DNA of 64,000 bases, taken from NCBI RefSeq assembly GCF_009914755.1, contig NC_060930.1. One strand, given 5' to 3'. The position numbers and the translations under genes are program-made. Every line of letters begins with the position of its first letter. Within the stretch, counting starts at the first letter, position 1. This stretch comes from the human T2T-CHM13v2.0 reference genome, Homo sapiens. Shown here one piece after another: positions 41,877 to 56,247 of the stretch. The notes under the pieces are model-generated. The model saw only the letters and a list, made by a program, of their open reading frames with translations. It was not told the origin of the DNA and made no database searches.

Positions 41877-43602
41877 CTCATTCTGTAGGTTCTCTAGAAT
41901 TGTGTGTTGGGTAATGTTTTCCTCTGAAACGTCTAAATTGATCAGCCGGCCATACAGTAATTTTTTCAATTAAGACATACTTTTTTTATACTACCTCTTT
42001 CATTTAATTTGGCTATTCTGTACTGTTAATTTCTCTTGATATGATATCTGCTTTCTTGCATGTTGTTTTTTTAAATATTTGAAATCAGTTATCATACTGA
42101 TATGTCAAATTTTCACGCAATTCTAATCTTTTCTCTCATTCCTGAGCCTGTTTGTATTACCCGATTTATTTCCTGGTCATGGGTCACACGAAACGCTTTT
42201 CTACATGTAGTCAGATTTTAAATTTAGGACTCACTCTGCGGATACCGCATAGCTGAGGCAATCGACTTTGTTGTTTACTTCTAAAGAGAGTTGAGATTTC
42301 CTCTCACAGGCACTTCATTGATTGGAAACCGATTTGATGCTTGGACACTTGCTTTCCAGCTGTGCAAGGGGTTGTCTGCAGCTGACTTTATTCTAGTAAT
42401 ATACTAAGTGTACCTTTAAATTACGGCTGTTCTGGGGTCTCCACTGAATTGGCAATGTGCTCCGTGAGGACTCTCTGGTCTAGCTGGGAAGAACTCCAGT
42501 ATCCCAGAGTGCTATGTGATCTCTCTCTTCTTTATTGAGCTTCCTGTGCTCTTGTACTTGCTGTTTCTCAGTAAATGTTCTTTGCCACACTTTCTCGTGG
42601 AACCATTTCCTGTGCACAGGCAGCGTCATGTCAGGCCAACGACTGGAGGAGACTTCTATGCGTATTTGTAGAGCTCTTTTCCTCCACAAACCAGTTCTTA
42701 TTTCTAGCAGACCTAGAAAAATTTCAGCTACCACAGTCATCCCAAACTCCAATCCCTCTCCTCCATTCAGCAAGATGGCTACAGTCTGCTTGGGCTCCAT
42801 CTCCTTGCTATTCAGTGCAGGAAGGGTATCCAGGAAGAAAGCCAAGGCATCTGCGGAGTGGAGCCCATCATTGCCCCTCTCTCAATTCTCTAGGTCCTCT
42901 ACCATCTGTTGTCCCACATGTAGAAACCATTTTTCCATGTCTCTGGTAGTCGCTTGTGGCCAAAATATTGGCCATTGGGTGGTCAGACCCGGGCTTCTCT
43001 CCATCCACCCATCCCTTTTACTTTTCAGCATCCCTCTCTGTGCTGACTCTCATCTGCCTTCCTTCCTTGGATCTTCTCTTGCTGGGAACCTGTATCCCTT
43101 CAGGCCACTGGTACTTAGGAACGAGTGTTTTTCTGACAATCGGAATATACGTAGATATAGAAACAGATCAATTCACCTGTCCATAAATAAGCACCTATTC
43201 TTTCCTCTTGAACCCAGAGAGAAAAGGCAAACGCAACCTTCCCTTCAGGAAGTGGAAGCCAGAATAACGGAATTCCAACTGGAAAGTCTCCATTGACGTT
43301 TAGTTGGTGTTGTGGAAGGGTAATCTAAGTGTCTGGTCCTTTGTCATTCTGACTTTCTTCATAATGTGATCTCCTCACCTCCAGATTTCCCTTCTGCTCA
43401 ATAGAACTAGGAGGAAGGAGAGGGAGCTTAACATTTCCCTTCTCTCAGACCCTTAGCTCCAAGGCAATCATCCTGAGACATTTTGCTACGCCATCTGCAT
43501 CTGTCACAAGTTGAGTTCGGAGAACTCAGCTTGAGACACATCTCTTGTAACAGAAACTTCACTTGGCCCTTTCTTCTCTTATGGTAAAGAACAAAGACAT
43601 AC

Positions 43603-43762
43603 GCATTTGGGTAGTATTCTGGGGTCCGACTATGCGAGTGTGGTGTCATAGATGACCAAGCTTGGCAGGTTCTTCCTGTGACAGTGGTGGAGTATGTGCC
43701 TCGATAACTCTGTCCATTACCATGGTAGCACTCCTGCACCCCAGGCCTTTGCTCAGTCGGTG
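43603..43762 (-). CDS. LPA: KIV-2 exon 1, unit 8, subtype A
   Basis: A/T/A haplotype. Confidence 0.96.
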
Positions 43763-44969
43763 CTGAAATGAAAACACGGGAAATCAAGCTGAGTATCTCT
43801 GAGCATAGAGAAACATGTGAAGCCATTTGTGACACAACCAGAAAGGAGTCTATGAGAATTACGACCGTTCTCTTTTCCTTATCCATAGGCAGATGGATGT
43901 GAGAAAACCGACCAACAAACAAACACCAAAGCAACAGATTCCTCCCATTCTAGAACTGTAGTAAGTTCTTGGAAATATTTCACCTGACACCTTAGAGAAA
44001 CACAACAGATCAGATTCCTCATTGGAAAGTGAGCTCACGAGGTAGCACCTTTCTAGGAAACTCTACTGAATCTTCATGCAAACGGCACCGCATTTGGCAA
44101 TGCGGGCTGCAGGTGGTAATTGGCTGTCGGGGGCAGAGTTTGGGACAGACATGGAAATTTTGCATGTTTCCCTAGACCGTTGATCATGAAAGCCAAGGCC
44201 TTTGGCTTCCGGGCCATGGGGCAGAAAACGGTCCTATGTATCTGACTGAAGACAAAGACACTTTGCTTCTCAGGGATGTGTGCACGCCAAAAGCTTCTTC
44301 CCTTGGAGGAGAGAGGGAATCCTCTCATGCCCTGCATCCTGAATTGTAGTAAAGTAGGAGTCTACTACTCTTTCTCTCTAGACCCCTCACAGGTACAAGT
44401 GTCATCAGAAAGAGGTTTAAGAATACTGAGAAATCACTCCCTTCAAAGCCTAGGGCTGAAGAGCCTTAGAGCACTGGGAGCTCATGTACTGCTCCATAGA
44501 CCCAGGGCCACATGGAATCAATGCAGCCCTCTTAGGTTTCTCGAGGGTGACAGGCTCCAGAGCCACATTTCTCAGAATCTGCAATGCTGAAGATTGCTCT
44601 GAATGCTGGCTACTTGAAGAAATCCCCGGAAAAGCTTACTGGCTTGGAAAGAGTGACACACCTGACAGCATGTTACAATAAAAATTTTGGCTGGGACACT
44701 GAGGTAGCCCGTTTTACAACAAGGTGAATTTTGAAGTCGATCCCCCTGGAGGGTTTGTGCCCATCCTAAAGACAAAGCCCAACCACGTTGCACCAGAAAT
44801 CACTCCGCTGGCTCCCCCAGAGAGTGCACGGAGGCTTCCTCCTACATGGTAGAACTCAGGCAACACTCGAGCATCCGTTTACCATTGAAGGCGGCTGCAT
44901 CAGTGGGAATTTCCATGGCTTTTCATCCCAGCATCGAAGCGTGTAGATGTCTGGCCACAGACTCCTTAC

Positions 44970-45151
44970 CTTGTTCGGAAGGAGCCTCTAGGCTTGGAAC
45001 CGGGGTAACAGTCGGAGGCGCGACGGCAGTCCCTTCTGCGTCTGAGCATTGCGTCAGGTTGCAGTACTCCCACCTGACACCGGGATCCCTCGTATAACAA
45101 TAAGGAGCTGCCACAGCATCTGGATTCCTGCAGTAGTTCATGATCAAGCCA
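44970..45151 (-). CDS. LPA: KIV-2 exon 2, unit 9
   Basis: Same exon, AG/GT boundaries. Confidence 0.97.
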
Positions 45152-47385
45152 CTGGAAATTCCAAAACGATACACGTCACAAGAGGTGGGACAACATGCAG
45201 GGGCACCCCACACTCTCTCCTTTGTGCTGCAACAAGGTCATTACCGGTGCCTTTCTAATATTCCCATTAAAAGTACCATATGATTGCCACCAGCAAAAAT
45301 GGCTCTCGATCACTAATCGTCTCTGCACATCTCTCATACTTAATAGATTATTACTATTTTTTTTAAATAAAAAATCTAAAGTAGCAAACGCTTCTTAGAA
45401 ACACTGAGATAACACACACACGTGGCCGAAAAACGATCAGAGTATTCTCCTTCTGCCTTCTGCCCAATCCATCTCTCTGGAATAACTGGTATGGGTTTTG
45501 ACGTCTGTATTGTGGGATTGTGTATTCACATGCAAATGCATCTGTATCTGTCTAGTCTCCGTATCTCTCTCGGTAGGACTTCATATTCTAATGTGGGAGT
45601 TGCAACGAACATGTAGTTCTTCAGAAAACGCACGTCATCCAGGAGGATAGCCGTTCCAGGTCAACCCTCACACTCTATGTACTCAATACGTAGTGAAAAG
45701 GCTCTACCTTTCCCACAGAAAAGCATTGTGCAAATAGTATTACTGTCTGTCAGGTTTAGTAGGTTTGTTTCTCCAAGACTTCTCAAAGCTGCCCTGGAAA
45801 ACTTGCTCCCAGGCAGGATGCAGTATCTCTAGAAGGGGTTCCTAGGCAGGTCCTTCTCTCCTGCTCTCAGTCTACCCTCTGCTGGCCGCAGCTACTCCGG
45901 GACTGAGGGAAAGGGGGATGAGTTGAAAGAACAGTGGGACCCATGGCATAAAGGAAGACGGCAGGGTGGACTAAGAGATCTGAAGAGGTCGGACAGCTAC
46001 GGAGCAGCAGAGAAAAATGCATTAGGGGGCAAAGCAGGCGAGTAGTTTGGGCTGCGGGGATCTTGAAGCATTCGCTCTTCCTTATGCCTCCCAAGAACGT
46101 TGCTCCAACCTCCCAGTATCCTCACATTCATGACCTCTGGCTGCCTGAGAAAATGGGAAATGTATTATGGGCCATGGGGTTCCAACACTGTCTCTCTAGA
46201 GACTCTAGACTTGTGGCCTAGTCTCAACCCCAGACCCTCCATTCCAGGAAGCTGGTTCAATGAGCAACTGGATGTATAAGAGCCTGAGCTCTTGAAAGAC
46301 TTCTAGTTCTTCCTTGGCTTCCCTCTTTTGAATGCATGGACTATTCTTATTATACCAAAAACCTCAGAGTTCAAACCTTTGTGATTGCTCTAGGATTTGC
46401 AATATCCCTTCGAACCCGCACAGTACCCTTTTATTAATATGACACACCATCGTGCATGAGGTAAAGAAACTTACAACGGTACACTTCGAATTAATCCCTT
46501 CGTGATTTATGCTACCATTTCAAATTCTTACCTCTACATATGCTGAAGTTAAATATCTTGCTATCATTTTGTTTCAAGTAGTCAACTCTCATTTACAAAG
46601 ATATAGAAATTTGATCAAGAAAATATTTTGCATTTACATCTATCTACATTTGCCAATTGCTGGATTCTTCATTACGTGGGCTGCAGAAAGTTCCTTTCTT
46701 GTTCAATTCTTCTTCTACCTAATTCCTTCGGGTCACCTCTCTTGTTACATAAGCCTGCTGATTTCCAATTCTTACAGTTTCCGGTTTCTTTCTTTGGGGC
46801 AGTGCACAATATGCATTTATCCGACATGGATGACCTTCAAGGCATTTTATTGCTGGATTCAGCATTCCCGGTTGATCTCTTTTTGTTCCTGATTATCATT
46901 TTAACAATATTCCCTGGTATCTGGCTTCCAGTGTTTCTGAGGTGAACACATTGGCAATTTGTATCAGTGTACTTGTAGGAAGACACAGCTCTTTTTCCTC
47001 CAGTTTCTCGTGACAGGTTTCTTCTTATTATATCTTTGCCTTGTTACCTTCGAACTGTGATGTACAAAAGTACATCATACAGGTTGGGTTTTTTTTCCGA
47101 AATTCCCTATGTGATCCCTTGAGTTTCACGATTCTGTGATTTTTTTTAATGTTCTTCGTAATTGAAAAGTTATCAGCCATCCTTGATTCCGGTATTTGTT
47201 TCTATTCCAAACTCCCTTGCTCTTTACTGTGACTTGCTTCCCACATGCAGGAAATCTTTTCATATTTTCCTACATGTCTGTGAGGCTCGCTTAATTTTAT
47301 ATTTCACTGTTTCTTCAGGGGTGCGCGTGTCTGTGTGTGTTAGAACTTGTGAGTTTCTGCGTGTGTGTGAGTATGGGTGTGTTTT

Positions 47386-47423
<38 letters not shown>

Positions 47424-49150
47424 CTCATTCTGTAGGTTCTCTAGAATTGTGTGTTGGGTAATGTTTTCCTCTGAAACGTCTAATTTGATCAGCCGGCCAT
47501 ACAGTAATTTTTTTCAATTAAGACATACTTTTTTTATACTAGCTCTTTAATTTAATTTGGCTATTCTGTACTGTTAATTTCTCTTGATATGATATCTGCT
47601 TTCTTGCATGTTGTTTTTTTAAATATTTGAAATCAGTTATCATACTGATATGTCAAATTTTCACGCAATTCTAATCATTTCTCTCATTCCTGAGCCTGTT
47701 TGTATTACCCGATTTATTTCCTGGTCATGGGTCACACGAAACGCTTTTCTACATGTAGTCAGATTTTAAATTTAGGACTCACTCTGCGGATACCGCATAG
47801 CTGAGGCAATCGACTTTGTTGTTTACTTCTAAAGAGAGTTGAGATTTCCTCTCACAGGCACTTCATTGATTGGAAACCGATTTGATGCTTGGACACTTGC
47901 TTTCCAGCTGTGCAAGGGGTTGTCTGCAGCTGACTTTATTCTAGTAATATACTAAGTGTACCTTTAAATTACGGCTGTTCTGGGGTCTCCACTGAATTGG
48001 CAATGTGCTCCGTGAGGACTCTCTGGTCTAGCTGGGAAGAACTCCAGTATCCCAGAGTGCTATGTGATCTCTCTCTTCTTTATTGAGCTTCCTGTGCTCT
48101 TGTACTTGCTGTTTCTCAGTAAATGTTCTTTGCCACACTTTCTCGTGGAACCATTTCCTGTGCACAGGCAGCGTCATGTCAGGCCAACGACTGGAGGAGA
48201 CTTCTATGCGTATTTGTAGAGCTCTTTTCCTCCACAAACCAGTTCTTATTTCTAGCAGACCTAGAAAAATTTCAGCTACCACAGTCATCCCAAACTCCAA
48301 TCCCTCTCCTCCATTCAGCAAGATGGCTACAGTCTGCTTGGGCTCCATCTCCTTGCTATTCAGTGCAGGAAGGGTATCCAGGAAGAAAGCCAAGGCATCT
48401 GCGGAGTGGAGCCCATCATTGCCCCTCTCTCAATTCTCTAGGTCCTCTACCATCTGTTGTCCCACATGTAGAAACCATTTTTCCATGTCTCTGGTAGTCG
48501 CTTGTGGCCAAAATATTGGCCATTGGGTGGTCAGACCCGGGCTTCTCTCCATCCACCCATCCCTTTTACTTTTCAGCATCCCTCTCTGTGCTGACTCTCA
48601 TCTGCCTTCCTTCCTTGGATCTTCTCTTGCTGGGAACCTGTATCCCTTCAGGCCACTGGTACTTAGGAACGAGTGTTTTTCTGACAATCGGAATATACGT
48701 AGATATAGAAACAGATCAATTCACCTGTCCATAAATAAGCACCTATTCTTTCCTCTTGAACCCAGAGAGAAAAGGCAAACGCAACCTTCCCTTCAGGAAG
48801 TGGAAGCCAGAATAACGGAATTCCAACTGGAAAGTCTCCATTGACGTTTAGTTGGTGTTGTGGAAGGGTAATCTAAGTGTCTGGTCCTTTGTCATTCTGA
48901 CTTTCTTCATAATGTGATCTCCTCACCTCCAGATTTCCCTTCTGCTCAATAGAACTAGGAGGAAGGAGAGGGAGCTTAACATTTCCCTTCTCTCAGACCC
49001 TTAGCTCCAAGGCAATCATCCTGAGACATTTTGCTACGCCATCTGCATCTGTCACAAGTTGAGTTCGGAGAACTCAGCTTGAGACACATCTCTTGTAACA
49101 GAAACTTCACTTGGCCCTTTCTTCTCTTATGGTAAAGAACAAAGACATAC

Positions 49151-49310
49151 GCATTTGGGTAGTATTCTGGGGTCCGACTATGCGAGTGTGGTGTCATAGA
49201 TGACCAAGCTTGGCAGGTTCTTCCTGTGACAGTGGTGGAGTATGTGCCTCGATAACTCTGTCCATTACCATGGTAGCACTCCTGCACCCCAGGCCTTTGC
49301 TCAGTCGGTG
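49151..49310 (-). CDS. LPA: KIV-2 exon 1, unit 9, subtype A
   Basis: A/T/A haplotype. Confidence 0.96.
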
Positions 49311-50517
49311 CTGAAATGAAAACACGGGAAATCAAGCTGAGTATCTCTGAGCATAGAGAAACATGTGAAGCCATTTGTGACACAACCAGAAAGGAGTCTA
49401 TGAGAATTACGACCGTTCTCTTTTCCTTATCCATAGGCAGATGGATGTGAGAAAACCGACCAACAAACAAACACCAAAGCAACAGATTCCTCCCATTCTA
49501 GAACTGTAGTAAGTTCTTGGAAATATTTCACCTGACACCTTAGAGAAACACAACAGATCAGATTCCTCATTGGAAAGTGAGCTCACGAGGTAGCACCTTT
49601 CTAGGAAACTCTACTGAATCTTCATGCAAACGGCACCGCATTTGGCAATGCGGGCTGCAGGTGGTAATTGGCTGTCGGGGGCAGAGTTTGGGACAGACAT
49701 GGAAATTTTGCATGTTTCCCTAGACCGTTGATCATGAAAGCCAAGGCCTTTGGCTTCCGGGCCATGGGGCAGAAAACGGTCCTATGTATCTGACTGAAGA
49801 CAAAGACACTTTGCTTCTCAGGGATGTGTGCACGCCAAAAGCTTCTTCCCTTGGAGGAGAGAGGGAATCCTCTCATGCCCTGCATCCTGAATTGTAGTAA
49901 AGTAGGAGTCTACTACTCTTTCTCTCTAGACCCCTCACAGGTACAAGTGTCATCAGAAAGAGGTTTAAGAATACTGAGAAATCACTCCCTTCAAAGCCTA
50001 GGGCTGAAGAGCCTTAGAGCACTGGGAGCTCATGTACTGCTCCATAGACCCAGGGCCACATGGAATCAATGCAGCCCTCTTAGGTTTCTCGAGGGTGACA
50101 GGCTCCAGAGCCACATTTCTCAGAATCTGCAATGCTGAAGATTGCTCTGAATGCTGGCTACTTGAAGAAATCCCCGGAAAAGCTTACTGGCTTGGAAAGA
50201 GTGACACACCTGACAGCATGTTACAATAAAAATTTTGGCTGGGACACTGAGGTAGCCCGTTTTACAACAAGGTGAATTTTGAAGTCGATCCCCCTGGAGG
50301 GTTTGTGCCCATCCTAAAGACAAAGCCCAACCACGTTGCACCAGAAATCACTCCGCTGGCTCCCCCAGAGAGTGCACGGAGGCTTCCTCCTACATGGTAG
50401 AACTCAGGCAACACTCGAGCATCCGTTTACCATTGAAGGCGGCTGCATCAGTGGGAATTTCCATGGCTTTTCATCCCAGCATCGAAGCGTGTAGATGTCT
50501 GGCCACAGACTCCTTAC

Positions 50518-50699
50518 CTTGTTCGGAAGGAGCCTCTAGGCTTGGAACCGGGGTAACAGTCGGAGGCGCGACGGCAGTCCCTTCTGCGTCTGAGCATTGC
50601 GTCAGGTTGCAGTACTCCCACCTGACACCGGGATCCCTCGTATAACAATAAGGAGCTGCCACAGCATCTGGATTCCTGCAGTAGTTCATGATCAAGCCA
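50518..50699 (-). CDS. LPA: KIV-2 exon 2, unit 10
   Basis: Same exon, AG/GT boundaries. Confidence 0.97.
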
Positions 50700-52934
50700 C
50701 TGGAAATTCCAAAACGATACACGTCACAAGAGGTGGGACAACATGCAGGGGCACCCCACACTCTCTCCTTTGTGCTGCAACAAGGTCATTACCGGTGCCT
50801 TTCTAATATTCCCATTAAAAGTACCATATGATTGCCACCAGCAAAAATGGCTCTCGATCACTAATCGTCTCTGCACATCTCTCATACTTAATAGATTATT
50901 ACTATTTTTTTTAAATAAAAAATCTAAAGTAGCAAACGCTTCTTAGAAACACTGAGATAACACACACACGTGGCCGAAAAACGATCAGAGTATTCTCCTT
51001 CTGCCTTCTGCCCAATCCATCTCTCTGGAATAACTGGTATGGGTTTTGACGTCTGTATTGTGGGATTGTGTATTCACATGCAAATGCATCTGTATCTGTC
51101 TAGTCTCCGTATCTCTCTCGGTAGGACTTCATATTCTAATGTGGGAGTTGCAACGAACATGTAGTTCTTCAGAAAACGCACGTCATCCAGGAGGATAGCC
51201 GTTCCAGGTCAACCCTCACACTCTATGTACTCAATACGTAGTGAAAAGGCTCTACCTTTCCCACAGAAAAGCATTGTGCAAATAGTATTACTGTCTGTCA
51301 GGTTTAGTAGGTTTGTTTCTCCAAGACTTCTCAAAGCTGCCCTGGAAAACTTGCTCCCAGGCAGGATGCAGTATCTCTAGAAGGGGTTCCTAGGCAGGTC
51401 CTTCTCTCCTGCTCTCAGTCTACCCTCTGCTGGCCGCAGCTACTCCGGGACTGAGGGAAAGGGGGATGAGTTGAAAGAACAGTGGGACCCATGGCATAAA
51501 GGAAGACGGCAGGGTGGACTAAGAGATCTGAAGAGGTCGGACAGCTACGGAGCAGCAGAGAAAAATGCATTAGGGGGCAAAGCAGGCGAGTAGTTTGGGC
51601 TGCGGGGATCTTGAAGCATTCGCTCTTCCTTATGCCTCCCAAGAACGTTGCTCCAACCTCCCAGTATCCTCACATTCATGACCTCTGGCTGCCTGAGAAA
51701 ATGGGAAATGTATTATGGGCCATGGGGTTCCAACACTGTCTCTCTAGAGACTCTAGACTTGTGGCCTAGTCTCAACCCCAGACCCTCCATTCCAGGAAGC
51801 TGGTTCAATGAGCAACTGGATGTATAAGAGCCTGAGCTCTTGAAAGACTTCTAGTTCTTCCTTGGCTTCCCTCTTTTGAATGCATGGACTATTCTTATTA
51901 TACCAAAAACCTCAGAGTTCAAACCTTTGTGATTGCTCTAGGATTTGCAATATCCCTTCGAACCCGCACAGTACCCTTTTATTAATATGACACACCATCG
52001 TGCATGAGGTAAAGAAACTTACAACGGTACACTTCGAATTAATCCCTTCGTGATTTATGCTACCATTTCAAATTCTTACCTCTACATATGCTGAAGTTAA
52101 ATATCTTGCTATCATTTTGTTTCAAGTAGTCAACTCTCATTTACAAAGATATAGAAATTTGATCAAGAAAATATTTTGCATTTACATCTATCTACATTTG
52201 CCAATTGCTGGATTCTTCATTACGTGGGCTGCAGAAAGTTCCTTTCTTGTTCAATTCTTCTTCTACCTAATTCCTTCGGGTCACCTCTCTTGTTACATAA
52301 GCCTGCTGATTTCCAATTCTTACAGTTTCCGGTTTCTTTCTTTGGGGCAGTGCACAATATGCATTTATCCGACATGGATGACCTTCAAGGCATTTTATTG
52401 CTGGATTCAGCATTCCCGGTTGATCTCTTTTTGTTCCTGATTATCATTTTAACAATATTCCCTGGTATCTGGCTTCCAGTGTTTCTGAGGTGAACACATT
52501 GGCAATTTGTATCAGTGTACTTGTAGGAAGACACAGCTCTTTTTCCTCCAGTTTCTCGTGACAGGTTTCTTCTTATTATATCTTTGCCTTGTTACCTTCG
52601 AACTGTGATGTACAAAAGTACATCATACAGGTTGGGTTTTTTTTCCGAAATTCCCTATGTGATCCCTTGAGTTTCACGATTCTGTGATTTTTTTTAATGT
52701 TCTTCGTAATTGAAAAGTTATCAGCCATCCTTGATTCCGGTATTTGTTTCTATTCCAAACTCCCTTGCTCTTTACTGTGACTTGCTTCCCACATGCAGGA
52801 AATCTTTTCATATTTTCCTACATGTCTGTGAGGCTCGCTTAATTTTATATTTCACTGTTTCTTCAGGGGTGCGCGTGTCTGTGTGTGTTAGAACTTGTGA
52901 GTTTCTGCGTGTGTGTGAGTATGGGTGTGTTTTC

Positions 52935-52971
<37 letters not shown>

Positions 52972-54698
52972 CTCATTCTGTAGGTTCTCTAGAATTGTGT
53001 GTTGGGTAATGTTTTCCTCTGAAACGTCTAATTTGATCAGCCGGCCATACAGTAATTTTTTTCAATTAAGACATACTTTTTTTATACTAGCTCTTTAATT
53101 TAATTTGGCTATTCTGTACTGTTAATTTCTCTTGATATGATATCTGCTTTCTTGCATGTTGTTTTTTTAAATATTTGAAATCAGTTATCATACTGATATG
53201 TCAAATTTTCACGCAATTCTAATCATTTCTCTCATTCCTGAGCCTGTTTGTATTACCCGATTTATTTCCTGGTCATGGGTCACACGAAACGCTTTTCTAC
53301 ATGTAGTCAGATTTTAAATTTAGGACTCACTCTGCGGATACCGCATAGCTGAGGCAATCGACTTTGTTGTTTACTTCTAAAGAGAGTTGAGATTTCCTCT
53401 CACAGGCACTTCATTGATTGGAAACCGATTTGATGCTTGGACACTTGCTTTCCAGCTGTGCAAGGGGTTGTCTGCAGCTGACTTTATTCTAGTAATATAC
53501 TAAGTGTACCTTTAAATTACGGCTGTTCTGGGGTCTCCACTGAATTGGCAATGTGCTCCGTGAGGACTCTCTGGTCTAGCTGGGAAGAACTCCAGTATCC
53601 CAGAGTGCTATGTGATCTCTCTCTTCTTTATTGAGCTTCCTGTGCTCTTGTACTTGCTGTTTCTCAGTAAATGTTCTTTGCCACACTTTCTCGTGGAACC
53701 ATTTCCTGTGCACAGGCAGCGTCATGTCAGGCCAACGACTGGAGGAGACTTCTATGCGTATTTGTAGAGCTCTTTTCCTCCACAAACCAGTTCTTATTTC
53801 TAGCAGACCTAGAAAAATTTCAGCTACCACAGTCATCCCAAACTCCAATCCCTCTCCTCCATTCAGCAAGATGGCTACAGTCTGCTTGGGCTCCATCTCC
53901 TTGCTATTCAGTGCAGGAAGGGTATCCAGGAAGAAAGCCAAGGCATCTGCGGAGTGGAGCCCATCATTGCCCCTCTCTCAATTCTCTAGGTCCTCTACCA
54001 TCTGTTGTCCCACATGTAGAAACCATTTTTCCATGTCTCTGGTAGTCGCTTGTGGCCAAAATATTGGCCATTGGGTGGTCAGACCCGGGCTTCTCTCCAT
54101 CCACCCATCCCTTTTACTTTTCAGCATCCCTCTCTGTGCTGACTCTCATCTGCCTTCCTTCCTTGGATCTTCTCTTGCTGGGAACCTGTATCCCTTCAGG
54201 CCACTGGTACTTAGGAACGAGTGTTTTTCTGACAATCGGAATATACGTAGATATAGAAACAGATCAATTCACCTGTCCATAAATAAGCACCTATTCTTTC
54301 CTCTTGAACCCAGAGAGAAAAGGCAAACGCAACCTTCCCTTCAGGAAGTGGAAGCCAGAATAACGGAATTCCAACTGGAAAGTCTCCATTGACGTTTAGT
54401 TGGTGTTGTGGAAGGGTAATCTAAGTGTCTGGTCCTTTGTCATTCTGACTTTCTTCATAATGTGATCTCCTCACCTCCAGATTTCCCTTCTGCTCAATAG
54501 AACTAGGAGGAAGGAGAGGGAGCTTAACATTTCCCTTCTCTCAGACCCTTAGCTCCAAGGCAATCATCCTGAGACATTTTGCTACGCCATCTGCATCTGT
54601 CACAAGTTGAGTTCGGAGAACTCAGCTTGAGACACATCTCTTGTAACAGAAACTTCACTTGGCCCTTTCTTCTCTTATGGTAAAGAACAAAGACATAC

Positions 54699-54858
54699 GC
54701 ATTTGGGTAGTATTCTGGGGTCCGACTATGCGAGTGTGGTGTCATAGATGACCAAGCTTGGCAGGTTCTTCCTGTGACAGTGGTGGAGTATGTGCCTCGA
54801 TAACTCTGTCCATTACCATGGTAGCACTCCTGCACCCCAGGCCTTTGCTCAGTCGGTG
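54699..54858 (-). CDS. LPA: KIV-2 exon 1, unit 10, subtype A
   Basis: A/T/A haplotype. Confidence 0.96.
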
Positions 54859-56065
54859 CTGAAATGAAAACACGGGAAATCAAGCTGAGTATCTCTGAGC
54901 ATAGAGAAACATGTGAAGCCATTTGTGACACAACCAGAAAGGAGTCTATGAGAATTACGACCGTTCTCTTTTCCTTATCCATAGGCAGATGGATGTGAGA
55001 AAACCGACCAACAAACAAACACCAAAGCAACAGATTCCTCCCATTCTAGAACTGTAGTAAGTTCTTGGAAATATTTCACCTGACACCTTAGAGAAACACA
55101 ACAGATCAGATTCCTCATTGGAAAGTGAGCTCACGAGGTAGCACCTTTCTAGGAAACTCTACTGAATCTTCATGCAAACGGCACCGCATTTGGCAATGCG
55201 GGCTGCAGGTGGTAATTGGCTGTCGGGGGCAGAGTTTGGGACAGACATGGAAATTTTGCATGTTTCCCTAGACCGTTGATCATGAAAGCCAAGGCCTTTG
55301 GCTTCCGGGCCATGGGGCAGAAAACGGTCCTATGTATCTGACTGAAGACAAAGACACTTTGCTTCTCAGGGATGTGTGCACGCCAAAAGCTTCTTCCCTT
55401 GGAGGAGAGAGGGAATCCTCTCATGCCCTGCATCCTGAATTGTAGTAAAGTAGGAGTCTACTACTCTTTCTCTCTAGACCCCTCACAGGTACAAGTGTCA
55501 TCAGAAAGAGGTTTAAGAATACTGAGAAATCACTCCCTTCAAAGCCTAGGGCTGAAGAGCCTTAGAGCACTGGGAGCTCATGTACTGCTCCATAGACCCA
55601 GGGCCACATGGAATCAATGCAGCCCTCTTAGGTTTCTCGAGGGTGACAGGCTCCAGAGCCACATTTCTCAGAATCTGCAATGCTGAAGATTGCTCTGAAT
55701 GCTGGCTACTTGAAGAAATCCCCGGAAAAGCTTACTGGCTTGGAAAGAGTGACACACCTGACAGCATGTTACAATAAAAATTTTGGCTGGGACACTGAGG
55801 TAGCCCGTTTTACAACAAGGTGAATTTTGAAGTCGATCCCCCTGGAGGGTTTGTGCCCATCCTAAAGACAAAGCCCAACCACGTTGCACCAGAAATCACT
55901 CCGCTGGCTCCCCCAGAGAGTGCACGGAGGCTTCCTCCTACATGGTAGAACTCAGGCAACACTCGAGCATCCGTTTACCATTGAAGGCGGCTGCATCAGT
56001 GGGAATTTCCATGGCTTTTCATCCCAGCATCGAAGCGTGTAGATGTCTGGCCACAGACTCCTTAC

Positions 56066-56247
56066 CTTGTTCGGAAGGAGCCTCTAGGCTTGGAACCGGG
56101 GTAACAGTCGGAGGCGCGACGGCAGTCCCTTCTGCGTCTGAGCATTGCGTCAGGTTGCAGTACTCCCACCTGACACCGGGATCCCTCGTATAACAATAAG
56201 GAGCTGCCACAGCATCTGGATTCCTGCAGTAGTTCATGATCAAGCCA
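56066..56247 (-). CDS. LPA: KIV-2 exon 2, unit 11
   Basis: Same exon, AG/GT boundaries. Confidence 0.97.
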
